A stretch of DNA of 63,374 bases, counting the filler, from Octopus bimaculoides (lineage: Eukaryota), in NCBI RefSeq assembly GCF_001194135.2. It is 7 parts of 7 records of this genome, joined end to end, with 100 filler letters (N's around TTAATTAATTAA, not from the genome) between each part and the next. Parts side by side here need not be neighbours in the genome. Positions count along the whole stretch, not along the records: positions 32,120 to 46,717 come from NC_068986.1; positions 46,818 to 53,645 come from NC_068984.1; 5 more parts are not named here. One strand, written 5' to 3'. A program made the translations under genes and the position numbers. The notes under the pieces are model-generated. The model was not told the DNA's origin and did no database searches. It saw only the letters and a list, made by a program, of their open reading frames with translations. Shown one piece after another: positions 37,540-51,299 of the stretch; the first letter of the stretch is position 1; each line of letters opens with the position of its first letter.

Positions 37540-38660
37540 CAAACAACCTTACAGAAATGTAGTTTATAAGGGATAAATGTTCATGTTTGGTAGTCAAACC
37601 AGGAAGCGTGTCGAACAGGCAAGGTATATGAATATCAAAAGCTTATCTACCTTAGTTGTCACCAGTGATAAATGTTATTCGGAATCATCGAGAATATTGC
37701 ATATGTTTATGTTGTGAGTAAAACCAAAGCAACAAAAAAGAACACCTCAGTAGATTTCAGAAAGTATAAAAGTCAGAGATGCCTGCATTGGACTAAAACC
37801 ATATCCAAAAATACTTGTTACCACAGTGCCTGATCAACCATCAACATGTGCTTATCTAGACTGTTTCCTTGAACAACTCCACAACTTGGAGGTCAACACT
37901 TGGAAGACACTAACAGCATCTTATATGTTCCACATCAACAGCAGCCCTGACAAAAGCTATGCTGAACAGAACGGTGGACGTTGAGGTTTATGGCTGAACC
38001 AGGTGGCTTTTTAATGCTGCATCATACCACTAGGCTACATATACTAAAACATAAATGGGGAAGTTAGTGTATTTCTTGGATTAAAAAAATGATATTAAAT
38101 TCATGGAGTGAAAAACTCCTGAACAGTTATTTCTTTTGTACAGCCTTTCCATGTAAATCCAGTGCGGCTTGAAGATAGAATACAGAACCTTGACGATAAA
38201 ATAGTCGTCATACTAGAAAATGGTATAGAGGAGCAAGTTAGAGAATACTGACAACATTGACAGGAATAGTAGCATCTCCTTGACTTGTGATAGCCGTTAC
38301 TTATAAGATTTGCTATCCAGGAAATAACTGATAAACAAAACAGATAAAGATACTTTTTGATCTGCACGCCATGACAGAAGAATGTTGATAGTGTCATACC
38401 AGCGTGGAAGATATCACCCATATCATTTGCAGTTCGAAAATGTCTACAAAAGACAACCTTCTATTGAGGCAAGACAGTTTTATTAAATCTGATAACAATG
38501 CTATTCGTAGGAAGTATTGATCCGACGGCCATACTAAAGGTACACCAGAACAAGAATGTATTGAATTAATTAATAAAAACTTTTAAATGGTGCAGGAATT
38601 TTTGCTATAAGCATTCATCAAATTGACAAGTGAGATTTTGAAAACTAAGGAACATGTTAC
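37540..38660 (+). pseudogene. Decayed RLE-type non-LTR retrotransposon ORF (RT end through CCHC region)
   Basis: Manual translation with stops and frameshifts gives DKCSCLVVKPG...GIIENIAYV...FHINSSPD...QNGGR*GL...FAIQE...VEDITHIICSSKMS...LRQD...NAIRRK, the order expected in R4/Dong/HERO-like ORFs. Confidence 0.7.
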
Positions 38661-39197
38661 ATTTCTAGCATAATCTGATAACTCTAATTTCCATGTACGC
38701 TTGCTGAAATGCCTTCCTTACCCTTTTATACGGGTAAAATATTGTTGGTTTTACTCCTGTCTATCTCCTTTAAAATGTCTTATATTCTAACAAATGTGGT
38801 ATAGCTTTGATAAGGAAAGGATGGTGTTAAATTGGTATGTCTCTGTAGAATCTTAGTGGATCAAATATGGGATCGATCAATAGGCATGATTACTGCATCG
38901 TAGAATTTTGAAATGCCAACCTATCTGAAACACGCCTAAGAGAATGGAAGAGTGCCCAATTCTCCATTCTTTGTGTCTTTCTTCTACACTCTGTGACTAT
39001 ATTTGTGCGTGTATGTATGTATGTATGTATGGATGGATGGATGGATGGATGGATGGATGGATGGATGGATATATGTATGGATATATGTATGGATATATAT
39101 GTGTGTGAGTGTGTATAGATATGAATATATATAATCTGGTGTTGTTATAATAATGCATGAATGTGTGTGTGATTGTGTGTGTGTGATTGTGTGTGTG

Positions 39198-39235
<38 letters not shown>

Positions 39236-39657
39236 TATATACACGTACACACATGAACGAATTTAACAGTCACGATGTCATCAACAAGAAGATGATAAAA
39301 CAACAAGCATAATTACTCTATTGTTTACCAAGATAGTGATCTAATGCCAAGGTTGGCTGACTACAGCAAAGATTAGTCATNNNNNNNNNNNNNNNNNNNN
39401 NNNNNNNNNNNNNNNNNNNNNNNNNNNNNNNNNNNNNNNNNNNNNNNNNNNNNNNNNNNNNNNNNNNNNNNNNNNNNNNNNNNNNNNNNNNNNNNNNNNN
39501 NNNNNNNNNNNNNNNNNNNNNNNNNNNNNNNNNNNNNNNNNNNNNNNNNNNNNNNNNNNNNNNNNNNTGTGTGTATATATATATATATATATATGTATAT
39601 CTTAATCACCTTATTAGCAGTAGGAGGAGGAAGAAGAAGAAGAAGAAGAAGAAGAAG

Positions 39658-39689
<32 letters not shown>

Positions 39690-40241
39690 CAACAACAACA
39701 ACAAGATCACCTCCATTCTCATCCTAAACATTATTACTGTGACTTCATTATCATTAATATTTTCAAGAAATGCTTATTGTCATCAACGTCACAGCCATCA
39801 TATTGTCGTCTTTTTTTTTACATCCTCCCCATCATCAACCCCACTTATTTTCATTATCTTCTCCTCATCCTTCAACTTCTATACCTGCTACCTCTACTCC
39901 GCCTCCTACTCCTACTACTAGTGCTGCTTCTCTTACGCTTATTCTCCTCCCTTCCTCCCTTCCTCCTCCTTCTACTGCCCATCGTCATCATCATTACCAT
40001 CAACATAAACACCATCATTACCACCAGCTCTAACATTATTATTACGTTTCTCATCATTATCATCATTGTCAACATCGTCATCAGGCTAACCCTAATTATC
40101 ATCAGCATCATAATGAACATCGTCATCGTCGTCGTTATTTCATTCACTACCATATTGATCCTCCTCCTCCTCATCATCATCATCATCATCATCATCGTTT
40201 TCATCGTATTAGTCATCATCGTCAATAGTAACAGCGGCAGT

Positions 40242-40286
<45 letters not shown>

Positions 40287-40379
40287 TTCTTGATTATAAT
40301 AACCGCTTCATTTTCATTATCATCTACACCATCATTACCCACATTTTCGCCCTCAGTACTTATGCTCTTTTTTTTTTTT

Positions 40380-40500
40380 TAAAGCCTGACATTTATTCAA
40401 TCAGTGTCTTTTACCGAAGCGCTAGGCTAAGAAAACGTAAACAAAGCAACACCGGCTGTCAGATGGTGGTGGGGACAAACATAAACACAAAGACACACAT
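40380..40500 (-). mobile_element. SINE family A, 3'-half fragment
   Basis: ttttaccgaagcgctaggctaag...gtaaacaaagcaacaccggctgtcag...ggggacaaacataaacac. Confidence 0.65.
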
Positions 40501-40729
40501 GCATACAAACATACACACAAACATACGCTCACACACACACACATACGTTTATCGAGAAATATACGTATATATGTATGTTTCTATGTATATACATATATGT
40601 ATGTTTCTATGAATTATGCATGTATATACGTATATATGTATGTACGTATGTATGTATGTATGTATTTATTTATGTATGTATGTATGTATGCATTCGTTCA
40701 TGCATGCATACATGTATATATATGTATGT

Positions 40730-41170
40730 CATTTTTCAGCTTTGGCAATAGAGAAAGAGCCGGTTTCTAACCTAGATCCAAGGTTCCTTCACTGGAATTT
40801 CAACATCAAGAACAGGGTATGTTTGTTTGTATGTATGTATGTATGTATGTGTGTGTGTATGTATGTATGTATGTATGTATATGTGCAGGTTTGTATGTTT
40901 TGTTTTATGTATGTCCTCTCATGCATAAACTTACATATCTTGACATGCTCATATATACTTAAATGATTGACTTCTAGAATGTTTTACAGATATTTACAGT
41001 TCCAAAGATGGGTTGGAACTGTAGACTTTGAATCAGCTTTCTCTTTTATGAGAACCCTAATTTCTTATGATTGGTATTTAGGCAGTCTGTTACATATTCC
41101 AGTGCACCAATAATTTAAATCAAATATAAACTTGAACTTGTAATCTGGATGGAGAAACTGCAGATTTCTA
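40730..41170 (-). mobile_element. 3' end of RLE-type LINE with (CATA)n inside its 3' UTR
   Basis: Minus strand RNLQFLHPDYKFKFI/IIGALEYVTDCLNTNHKKLGFS...GTVNICKTF, then a microsatellite and the tail ccagtgaaggaaccttggatctaggttagaaaccggctctttctctattg. Confidence 0.8.
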
Positions 41171-41254
41171 TGTATGTATATATGTATGTATGTATGTATG
41201 TGTATGTATGTATGTGTGTATGTGTATGTATGTATGTATGTATGTGTGTGTGTA

Positions 41255-41420
41255 TGTATGAACGGTGGGATTCCACATACTTTCAGTCTACCAAAGTGAT
41301 TCACAAGGCACTGATTGGTCTAGTGTTGTAGCAGAAGGCAATTGCCCAACGTATCGCGGAGTGAGAGCGAACCTGAAATCATTTGGCTGCAAAGCGAGGT
41401 ACTTAACCACACAGCCATAT
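41255..41420 (-). mobile_element. SINE family A head, degenerate
   Basis: tttcagtctaccaaagtgattcacaaggc...cttaaccacacagccat. Confidence 0.6.
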
Positions 41421-41527
41421 GCATGTGTACATGTGTATGTGTGAGTGTGTATATGTATGTGTGTGTAAGTGTGTGTGTGTGTGTCTGTCTGCGCGTATAT
41501 GTATGTGTATGTGTGAGCGTGTGTGTA

Positions 41528-41573
<46 letters not shown>

Positions 41574-42541
41574 CGCGTTCATATTGCTTCCGAATATGTA
41601 CGTATGTATTCATCACAGTATATCCATTTATAATTATGTGTTTATATCACAGAGAATTTGGCATATATGCATATATGAGGTGCAAATGTTTATGTGCGTA
41701 AGAGCATGTATAATGTGCGGGTGTGTATGTGTGTAAATACCTGTACATTTGTGTACATGCGCGTTTGTACCTTTTGATATAGCAGGCTACTTAATATAAC
41801 TTTATATATGTGCATACATTAAACGTGAGTTTCAATCCATGCCTGTTATTAAACATGGTAATAGACGAAAACACGGCACAAACAAAATTACATTTAATTG
41901 GAAAAGACACACGCATGCGCACATATACACGCATATACATATACACATATACATACATGAAATGAATAGAAATACAAATACCTATCCATACAAGTATAGA
42001 CACATACATATATACAAACACAAATACACACTCACCAATGCAGATGTATATGTATATGCCTCTACACTCATGTAATTTGTGTGTGGGAGTGTGTGTGTCT
42101 GTATGTGTGTGTGCGTTCGTGCGTGCGTGTGTATGTGTATAAATCCATGTTTATGTTCATGTCTACACAAATATAGGTTTCTGAATGTATTTAGCCATTT
42201 ATTAACCACAACATTAAAGCGAAATTGGAGAATGGGTCTCTAACTGATCAAGACTAATCGGCGCCACAGGATGGACGAGGGGGAGGAGGAAGTAAGTAGT
42301 GATGATGATCTGGAGGAAAAGGAGGAGGAAGACAACGATGATGTCGATGATTGCAACGACACTTGATGATGACTATGATTATGATAATGATGATGACAGT
42401 AACGAGGACAATGACCCCGACGATGAAGATGATGATGATGATGATGATGGTGATGGTGATGATGATGTTGATGAAGATGATGATGACGACGACGACGATG
42501 ACGACTATGATGATGATGATGACGATATGATGATGATGACG

Positions 42542-42573
<32 letters not shown>

Positions 42574-43236
42574 CAGACGACGACGATAATGATTATTACA
42601 ATAAGGTATGCGTCGACGACGACGACGACGACGACGACGATGTTGGCGATGTCGACCATGGTAATGATAACGATGTGAAGTTTGCTTGAAGAAGCCGAAG
42701 AAAAAACTTAGAGACAACAGATATACATACATACATACATACATACATACATACATACATAAAGAAAGAAAGAAAGAAAGAAAGAAAGAAATAAAGAAAG
42801 AAAGAAAGAAAGAAAGAAAGAAATAGAGAAAGAAAAAGGAGAGAAATTTAGGAAAAGTGGAGTGGGGTTCAGTAAACGGAGTAGATTTAAAAGATTAAAG
42901 AAACGGCAGATAATGTTCGATATATGTATAGCAAATACAGAACGATAATCACCCTTAAACACAAGAATAATAGAGATCAGTTCGTGTTTATTGTCAAAGC
43001 GGTTGACAAGTATTGTCATAATAGAGGTCAGACTCTTTGGCATGGTTTGACCTGAAGACATGAAGACTCCAGGACGAAAGGGTCAGTCAGACCTGACATT
43101 GATGAGTATCTCTAATAAGTTCTATAGCCGCCATTTGCTTCTGTCTCCCACATCAAACGTCGCTGTTCAGATCAAACGTTATTTCAATATCGTATAACCT
43201 TGGTGTATAATCAGTAATCTTTATACATGTGTGTGT

Positions 43237-43349
<113 letters not shown>

Positions 43350-43725
43350 CTGTCAATCTATCTCTTCCTATGAACATGCATGTATATGTGTATATCGTTA
43401 TGTACGTATATATATATATATATATATATTATACACACAGGCATATACAGACACGTATTTATATTTGTTTATATACATACATATAAACATACACACAACT
43501 GCTCGCAAGCCAATACTAACACTTGCACACACACGCACAGACATATACACGTACACACACATTCTGTGTTCCTGGTTTCTGTGTTTAAACATGGCAGATA
43601 GAAGAATTGATATACAGTTTTCTATACAAATATAAAAACCCATAAATACTCACGCACACACATACAAGCGGCTCTCTATCACACTGTTATCCCACTTTCA
43701 CATAATACGCGCACATACACACACA

Positions 43726-43814
<89 letters not shown>

Positions 43815-44056
43815 GCACGCACAGGTGTAATACATGCATGCATACATAGCAGAAACTAATTGTTAATCTAGATACGGATAGATAAACACACGTTACACTC
43901 GCAAAATATTCATATGCATACATACATACACACTCACATATATATACACACATGCACATGCATATATACATATAGCTATATATAAATATATTTACATACA
44001 AATATATATACATACATGCATACATATATACATGTATATATATATCTGTATGTAAA

Positions 44057-44149
<93 letters not shown>

Positions 44150-44151
<2 letters not shown>

Positions 44152-44357
44152 TCTTTTATTCGTTTCAGTCATTTTGACTAACGCCATGCTGGAGCATCGC
44201 CTTTAGTCGAGCAAATCGACCCCAGGACTTATTCTTTGTAAGCCTAGTACCTATTCTATCGGTCTCTTTGCCGAACCGCTAAGTTACGGGGACCTAAACA
44301 CACCAGCATCGATGTCAAGCGATGTTACGGGGAAACACACGCACACAAACATATACG

Positions 44358-44395
<38 letters not shown>

Positions 44396-44545
44396 CGACG
44401 GGGTTCTTTCAGTTTCCGTCTACCAAATCTACTCACAAGGATTTAGTCGGCCCGAGGCTATAGTAGAAGACACTTTCCCAAGGTGCCACGCAGTGGGACT
44501 GAACCTGGGACCATGTGGTTGGTAAGCAAGCCACTTACCACACAA
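44150..44545 (-). mobile_element. SINE family A, full length
   Basis: All diagnostic blocks are present, including ccaaggtgccacgcagtgggactgaacc. Confidence 0.9.
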
Positions 44546-44792
44546 AATCGAAACAGCTGTAAGAGTACATGTTAATAAATTATATTAACACTACTTCTCC
44601 ATTTTGGGGACTTTAATCTGGATATTTATAAACAAAGTTTTATGCTTAAACCTATTATTTTCGGAATATTACTATTCACTACAAAATAATTGGTAACAAG
44701 CCAGTGGATATATCTATCCATAAGGTGGTTATATTAACCTCTATTTAAACGTATACATATGTATATATGTGTGTGTATGTGTGTGTATACAC

Positions 44793-45065
44793 ATGGCTCA
44801 GTGGTTAGAGTGTCGAGATTACGATAGTAAGGTTTTGAGTTCGATTCCCGGACCGGGCTACGTGCTGTGTTCTTGAGCTAGACACTTTATTTCACGTTCC
44901 TCAAGTTTGTTCAGCTGTAGAAATGAATTACAACATCACTGGTGCCAAGCTACGTCGGCCCGGTTGCCTTTCCTTTGAAAAACATAGGTGGCGTGGTATG
45001 CATAGGCGATTGATGGTCTTTCATAAACAAACTTGCTTGGAAATATGCCTCGGTGGGTATCTTTC
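44793..45065 (+). mobile_element. tRNA-derived SINE family C
   Basis: ggctcagtggttagagtg (A box)...gagttcgattccc (B box)...gtgttcttgagctagacactttatttcacg. Confidence 0.8.
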
Positions 45066-45232
45066 TCGGTGCTATACCATCGTCATTCATAATATAGGTA
45101 GCTAAAACAATTAAAATTCAAAACATTATAATACATAAGTAAAGGACCAAAATAGCACCCGCAGTTGCTAGAAATAAGACCTAAAATATACAACTCAAAT
45201 ACCCCCAAAAAATCAATACATTTATATATATA

Positions 45233-46717
45233 GCCCTAACCCAAACACTAAACCTAACCCTAACACTAAACCTAACTCTAACACTAACCCTAATCCTTAA
45301 ACTAACACTAAACCTAAACCTAACCATAAACCTAAACCTAAACCTAAACCTAACACTAACATTAACTCTAAAACTAACGCTAAATCTAACCCTAAGCTTA
45401 AACATCATCCGAACCATAGCCCTAACCATAAACTTAACCCTAACACTAATTCTAACCATAACATTAACCTTACCTCTAACGCTAACCTTAAAACTAAACA
45501 TAACCCTAAACCTAACACTAACCATAACCCTAACCCTAAACCAAAACCTAACCCTAACACTAAACCTACCACTAAACCTAAGCCTAACACAAACACTAAA
45601 CCTAGCCCTAGCCCTAAAACTAACACTAAACCTAACACTAACCCTCACCCTAACATTAACCCTAATACTAAACCTAACACTAACACTAACCCTAAAACTA
45701 ATCCTAAAACTAAACATAACCCTAAACCTAACGCTAACACTAAACATAACCCTAACATTAACCATAACCCTAAAATTAACCCTTAAACTAACCCTAACAA
45801 AAAACGTAAACCTAACCCTAAACCATACCCTAACACTAATCCTCACCCGAACCCTAACCCTAACCTTAAACCTAAACCTGACACTAACCTTAACCCAAAC
45901 ACTAACCCTAACGCTAACCCTAACCCTAACCATAACCATAACACAAACCCTAGCCCTAACCCTAACCCTAACCCTAACCCTAACCCTAACCCTAACTGTA
46001 ACCTTAACCGTAACCCTAACCTTAACCCTAACCCTAACCCTAACCTATCCCTAACCTTTACCTTAACCCTATCCCTAACCCTAACCCTAGCCCTANNNNN
46101 NNNNNNNNNNNNNNNNNNNNNNNNNNNNNNNNNNNNNNNNNNNNNNNNNNNNNNNNNNNNNNNNNNNNNNNNNNNNNNNNNNNNNNNNNNNNNNNNNNNN
46201 NNNNNNNNNNNNNNNNNNNNNNNNNNNNNNNNNNNNNNNNNNNNNNNNNTAACCTTAACCCAAACACTAACCCTAACGCTAACCCTAACCCTAACCATAA
46301 CCATAACACAAACCCTAGCCCTAACCCTAACCCTAACCCTAACCCTAACCCTAACCCTAACTGTAACCTTAACCGTAACCCTAACCTTAACCCTAACCCT
46401 AACCCTAACCTATCCCTAACCTTTACCTTAACCCTATCCCTAACCCTAACCCTAGCCCTAGCCTTAGCCCTAACCCTAACACTTACCCTAACCCTAACGC
46501 TAACCTTAACCCTAACCCTAACTCTAACCTTATCCCTAACCCTAACTCTAACCCTAACCTTAACCCTAGCCCTAACCCTAACCCTAACCCTAACCTTTAC
46601 CTTAACACTATCCCTAACCCTAACCCTAGCCCTAGCCTTAGCCCTAACCCTAACCCTAACCCTAACCCTAACGCTAACCTTAACCCTAACCCAAACCCTA
46701 TCCCTAACCCAAACCCT
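45233..46717 (-). repeat. Interstitial telomere-like array, (CCCTAA)n on plus / (TTAGGG)n on minus, with many variant hexamers
   Basis: About 1.5 kb including a 154-bp gap. Degenerate over 45233-45880 and mostly canonical over 45880-46717. Confidence 0.9.
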
Positions 46718-47309
46718 NNNNNNNNNNNNNNNNNNNNNNNNNNNNNNNNNNNNNNNNNNNNTTAATTAATTAANNNNNNNNNNNNNNNNNNNNNNNNNNN
46801 NNNNNNNNNNNNNNNNNAACGTATGCCTTCATATCACCTAAAATTCTATGCAAATAAATAATTGATTGCAATCACACACATACATGCGCGCGCGCATTCT
46901 GGAAAGCACAAAGACACTTCACGCATTGGGACTCATCCTCTTAAGTAATGGAATTTTCAAAGAAACTAATACAAGATATACTGGTAAATATTTAATTATA
47001 GAACATAGACAGCGTCTTTTGAGAGTCATGAAGCTTAAATCTTTAATTCACCGTATTCAACTTCTTCCATATTTTCAAAGTAATATCCACGTAAATAAGT
47101 AACTTATTACAAACGCTTGTGAATAAAAACTCCACAACACACTTAAATCAAACCGTCAAACAGACATGCGCGTCCGCACACTCATAAGCACTGAAATACC
47201 TCAACTCACCACCCTTGAGACCGACTTCGCTTACATGATCTATATTTCGGATTTTAAATTGTTGCCATCAAAATTTCGAGTTAATTGTTCCAAACGGTAG
47301 CTCAATATT

Positions 47310-47520
47310 GGTTTCAAGTTTTGGCTCAAGGTCGGCAATTTTGGTTAGAGGAATTAAGTTAGATCAACAGTAGTGTTTAACTGGTACTTATTTTATTCCT
47401 CTAGAAAATATGACAGGGTACGTCGACCTCGCTAAAATTTGAATTTAGAACGAATGTGTTGAAAATATACTGCTAAGCATTTTGTTGTACGGTCTAACGA
47501 TTCGCCCGACTTGTCATCTT
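47310..47520 (-). mobile_element. SINE family B, degenerate
   Basis: aactggtacttattttattcc...cgtcgacctcgctaaaatttgaatttagaac...ctgctaagcatttt. Confidence 0.65.
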
Positions 47521-47859
47521 ACATTTGCTTCTTGATGAGAGAAGATTTTTTATTCTTTAAATAATGTGGAATTTCACTGAAATGTAACAAAGACAGTGTA
47601 ATTTAATAGAAATATGGTAACAAAGGGGATATATTTTTCGCAATCTCCATTTTAATAAATTCAGTAGAAATACGCGATTTCACATTTCAACTGGCCAGCT
47701 TCCTTTTGGATTTTTTTTTCTTGATCTCATCTTACTCTAGTAGCCTTTAACCAAAACTCATAGCTTTTTTTATCATCTTCAAACATTTCTCTTCGTAGTT
47801 ATTAATAATCATCCTAACTGCTTCTCAAGCAGAAGCTTCCAATTTTCCCTAAATATTTA

Positions 47860-48070
47860 TTGATTTCAAATTTTAGCACAAGGCCAGAAGTTTCGGAAGA
47901 AAGTAGCAAATCAATTACATCGATACCAGTGTTCAACTGGTGCTTATTTTGTCGACCCCAAAAGGATGAAAGGCAAATTCGACCTCGGCGAAATTTGAAC
48001 TCAGAACATAAAGACGGACGAAATACCGCTAAATATTTTGCCCGGCGCGCAAACGATTCTGCCCGCCCGC
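47860..48070 (-). mobile_element. SINE family B
   Basis: tcgaccccaaaaggatgaaaggcaaattcgacctcggcgaaatttgaactcagaac. Confidence 0.85.
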
Positions 48071-48260
48071 CGCTTTTCACTGAACTTTTCACTAAATACA
48101 TATTAAAAAACATGAAGTCCCGCTGTAAAATAACCTGTCTGTTTAATTTCATTCTATTACGTTGATTACCTCAACTTCGAGAAAAAGTTGAGGTATTCTG
48201 GGAATTCTTTGAAAATAACATCAGTTAGCATGAACCCACACACACGTACGTACGCTCGCA

Positions 48261-48358
<98 letters not shown>

Positions 48359-48722
48359 TACATACACACACAAATATACACACTCACAAACAGAGAGAGA
48401 TAGGGAAGAAAGATGCATTGCAGAGTTTACTGCTCAATACATTTGTAGTGTGTGATCACTATCACACACACACATACACAAACACACACACATACACACG
48501 CAATCACGCACGCACGCGCATGCACACATACATACATACATACATACATACATACATACATACATGTATACATATACATATATATATATACGTAAATATA
48601 TATACATACATATACGAGTACATGAGTGTATGTACATATGTAGCGGCACAAGCAGTCAGCGCCATATTGGATGAGATCTCGCGGCATCCATTGCCATCTC
48701 TGAGACTGGAGCGAGATCTTAC

Positions 48723-49036
48723 CCGCATCCATTTGCCATGCGCGAAGCCACAGTGAGGCTCGTGATGGCAAACTGGATATAAGGGCCCAGCAAACAGATT
48801 ATATCTCTTATTCACCGCAAGCGCTTGCTGAACACACTTCGCTGGCTGGGTTCTCCAGGCTAGTCTGCATGTCGTGTCTCCAGAGACAATGGGCCCGCGT
48901 AACGAAGATACAACGAATGCACACATCTTGAGATGGCATACTGAGGGCAACACACTTCACTTTCTGTGTAACGTGTAAATAAAACCGATTGAGAATTTGC
49001 ATTTTACTTAAGACTTTTTTCCTCGCCTGCTGGAGC
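48723..49036 (-). other. Candidate exon (5' UTR/first-coding or non-coding) of an unidentified gene
   Basis: Unique GC/CpG-richer island bounded on minus by tttgtgttgtttcag| and GCGG|gtaaga. No frame is open across it and no homology was recognised. Confidence 0.3.
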
Positions 49037-49257
49037 CTGAAACAACACAAAAAAAACAAAAATTAATGAGAGAAGGCGATATTCAGCCGATATCGTGAAC
49101 CTTGCCTCCCATTATACAAATATATACACATATAAAATGACTGAAACAAATAAAAGAATATATATATATATAATGGTCTCTGTACTGTGCTGAATACATG
49201 GAGTGTTCGTCAGAGTATGTTTATTTTTGTTTATTTTTATGTGTCTTGACCATACAT

Positions 49258-49325
49258 GTACTGATGAATAAAAGATGCAGTTTACTGCATAGTTTGCTGC
49301 ATTAATTATGAAACCATTGGTTTAC
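49258..49325 (+). ncRNA. Candidate minimal hammerhead ribozyme with extended stem II
   Basis: GUA / CUGAUGA / AUAA aag AUGCAG...CUGCAU uaa UUAU / GAAA / CC auu GG / UU / UAC. The core is canonical but stem I is only 3 bp. It lies in a (TA)n-flanked cassette. Confidence 0.5.
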
Positions 49326-49474
49326 CGTTAAGTTAAAAGTTTTTAGGAGGTTAGCTTTAAAAGTTGCATTCCCTCGCGATCGGTAAAAATGTGCTTATTT
49401 AGGTAGTTTTGACTTATGGAATCCCTCTAAGCGTGAGGCATTATTGTATAGTAATGCCCTTATATAAATTAAAT

Positions 49475-49516
<42 letters not shown>

Positions 49517-50706
49517 AGTGTGTGTTATTGAGCTCATAATAATGATTATTGAGTTACAACTTGAAGAGTTTCACTGTACGAAACTTAGAAATGAAGAGTT
49601 CAATAGTGGTTGCATCACTTTTATATTTATTTCAGATAAACCCTTTCATTTATTTCGTTTCCTTTCGTTGTTATTCTTACAACACACATGCACACAAGCA
49701 CACACGTGGAATATGAATGTGTGTGTGTGTATAAACATATATAGGCACACACATATACAAGTATATATATACATTCATACATACGTATATTTGTAAGGAT
49801 AAGCTTGTGCAAGTATGTGTATATATATATATGTATAAAATACCATATGCTTTGAATCTAAAATAGGTTTTACTACCACCTTAAACACGCTAGTTTGATT
49901 CCAAAGATCATGCTAAAGCCAATCATAAGAAAGTGTGTTGTAGGCGGAAACCTGTTGGGACTACTCTAAGAACTATTTATCTGAAATTAAAGCTTCTTAG
50001 CAATCACTGTCCACCATCTTGAATGTTTCATCCCGACGTAGTTAATACTTATATGAAAAAGAATTTGGTTCGGATTAAAATGGAATTCTTTGATGATATC
50101 CGTTGTTATAGTAGATCAGCCCTGATTGAGTTATGGTCAAGGAGGCCAATAGTGAAAGACATTCTAACCATAACCATTCATTTCTTTTTTTTTTTCATGC
50201 ATTTATTCAAGATATTCTTCCTTTTACTTTTTTCAAGTAATAATGCGATGAGGGGGATTTGTATGCTATTTCCAGCTAGTCAAATGACAACATTGAGGTT
50301 ATCTCTTTGACTAGTTTTAATGATATGTATTATCATAGCGTGTCAATATAGCTATGCTGTTGCTGCTTAACCCCATGCCGCACATAAAGTCAGTAGGCCT
50401 ACGATTATAAGCATTAAAACTATAATCACTTAGTCGCATATATATATATATATATTAATATATATATATATANNNNNNNNNNNNNNNNNNNNNNNNNNNN
50501 NNNNNNNNNNNNNNNNNNNNNNNNNNNNNNNNNNNNNNNNNNNNNNNNNNNNNNNNNNNNNNNNNNNNNNNNNNNNNNNNNNNNNNNNNNNNNNNNNNNN
50601 NNNNNNNNNNNNNNNNNNNNNNNNNNNNNNNNNNNNNNNNNNNNNNNNNNNNNNNNNNNNNNNNNNNNNNNNNNNNNNNNNNNNNNNNNNNNNNNNNTAT
50701 ATATAT

Positions 50707-50755
<49 letters not shown>

Positions 50756-51299
50756 CACATGCGAATACATAAGTGCAGATTATGTTGGGTAAAATATCCC
50801 TTGAATACCAAATATAGAGTAAAATAGTAATTCGAAGCTACGTAGCTGCTCATAAGATTGGTGTGAATATTGCACACATATATACCAGACTTTTAGTATT
50901 AATATTAAATATATCAAACAATAATACTACTAGATATAAATGTGTAACGTAGTGATATTTTCCTGTGGTTTTACGGTGATTCAGTCATTTTGGCCCTGTG
51001 TTTACTCGTGTTAGGTGTTATTATGAAAAATATTTGAGTACATATATCTATGTAAACTTACGTATACTTAAATGCTTCTTATAAAGTAGAGATGAATGGT
51101 TCACTCATCACCATTCACCCATCAAGTTTTACATTTAGAATAAACTATTTTTGTGCATAATAGAAGACTGATGAGATAACAGTAGGACGAAAGAAAATGA
51201 AAGCGTTGAGCTAAGACAAAATTGGGTATTGCGAGCAGGCAGAAGGTAGAGAAATGAGACAAACAGATGACAGAAGGAGAAAGAGATGGAAGAATAAAA

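Noticed and set aside
42708-43130. Unique block with a possible minus-strand exon
   Set aside because: Splice sites are ambiguous, the ORF runs into microsatellite, and no homology was recognised.
44793-44865. tRNA gene-like sequences (also at SINE A, B and D heads)
   Set aside because: A/B boxes are present but no complete cloverleaf, and each continues into a multicopy SINE body.
45181-45939. 252-aa Val/Arg/Ser/Phe-rich ORF across the telomere-like array
   Set aside because: The GTT-AGG frame of TTAGGG repeats rarely gains stops by single substitutions, so openness is expected without coding selection.
45886-46459. ~210-bp exact duplicate on both sides of the gap at 46096-46249
   Set aside because: Exact identity across a gap most likely reflects an unmerged contig overlap, so it was not treated as a true higher-order repeat.
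49175-49222. Minus-strand CUGACGA motif
   Set aside because: No GAAA and no consistent stems I/III in this copy.
51165-51200. CUGAUGA G...C GAAA string
   Set aside because: Stem II does not pair beyond one base pair and there is no stem III or stem I; probably chance.
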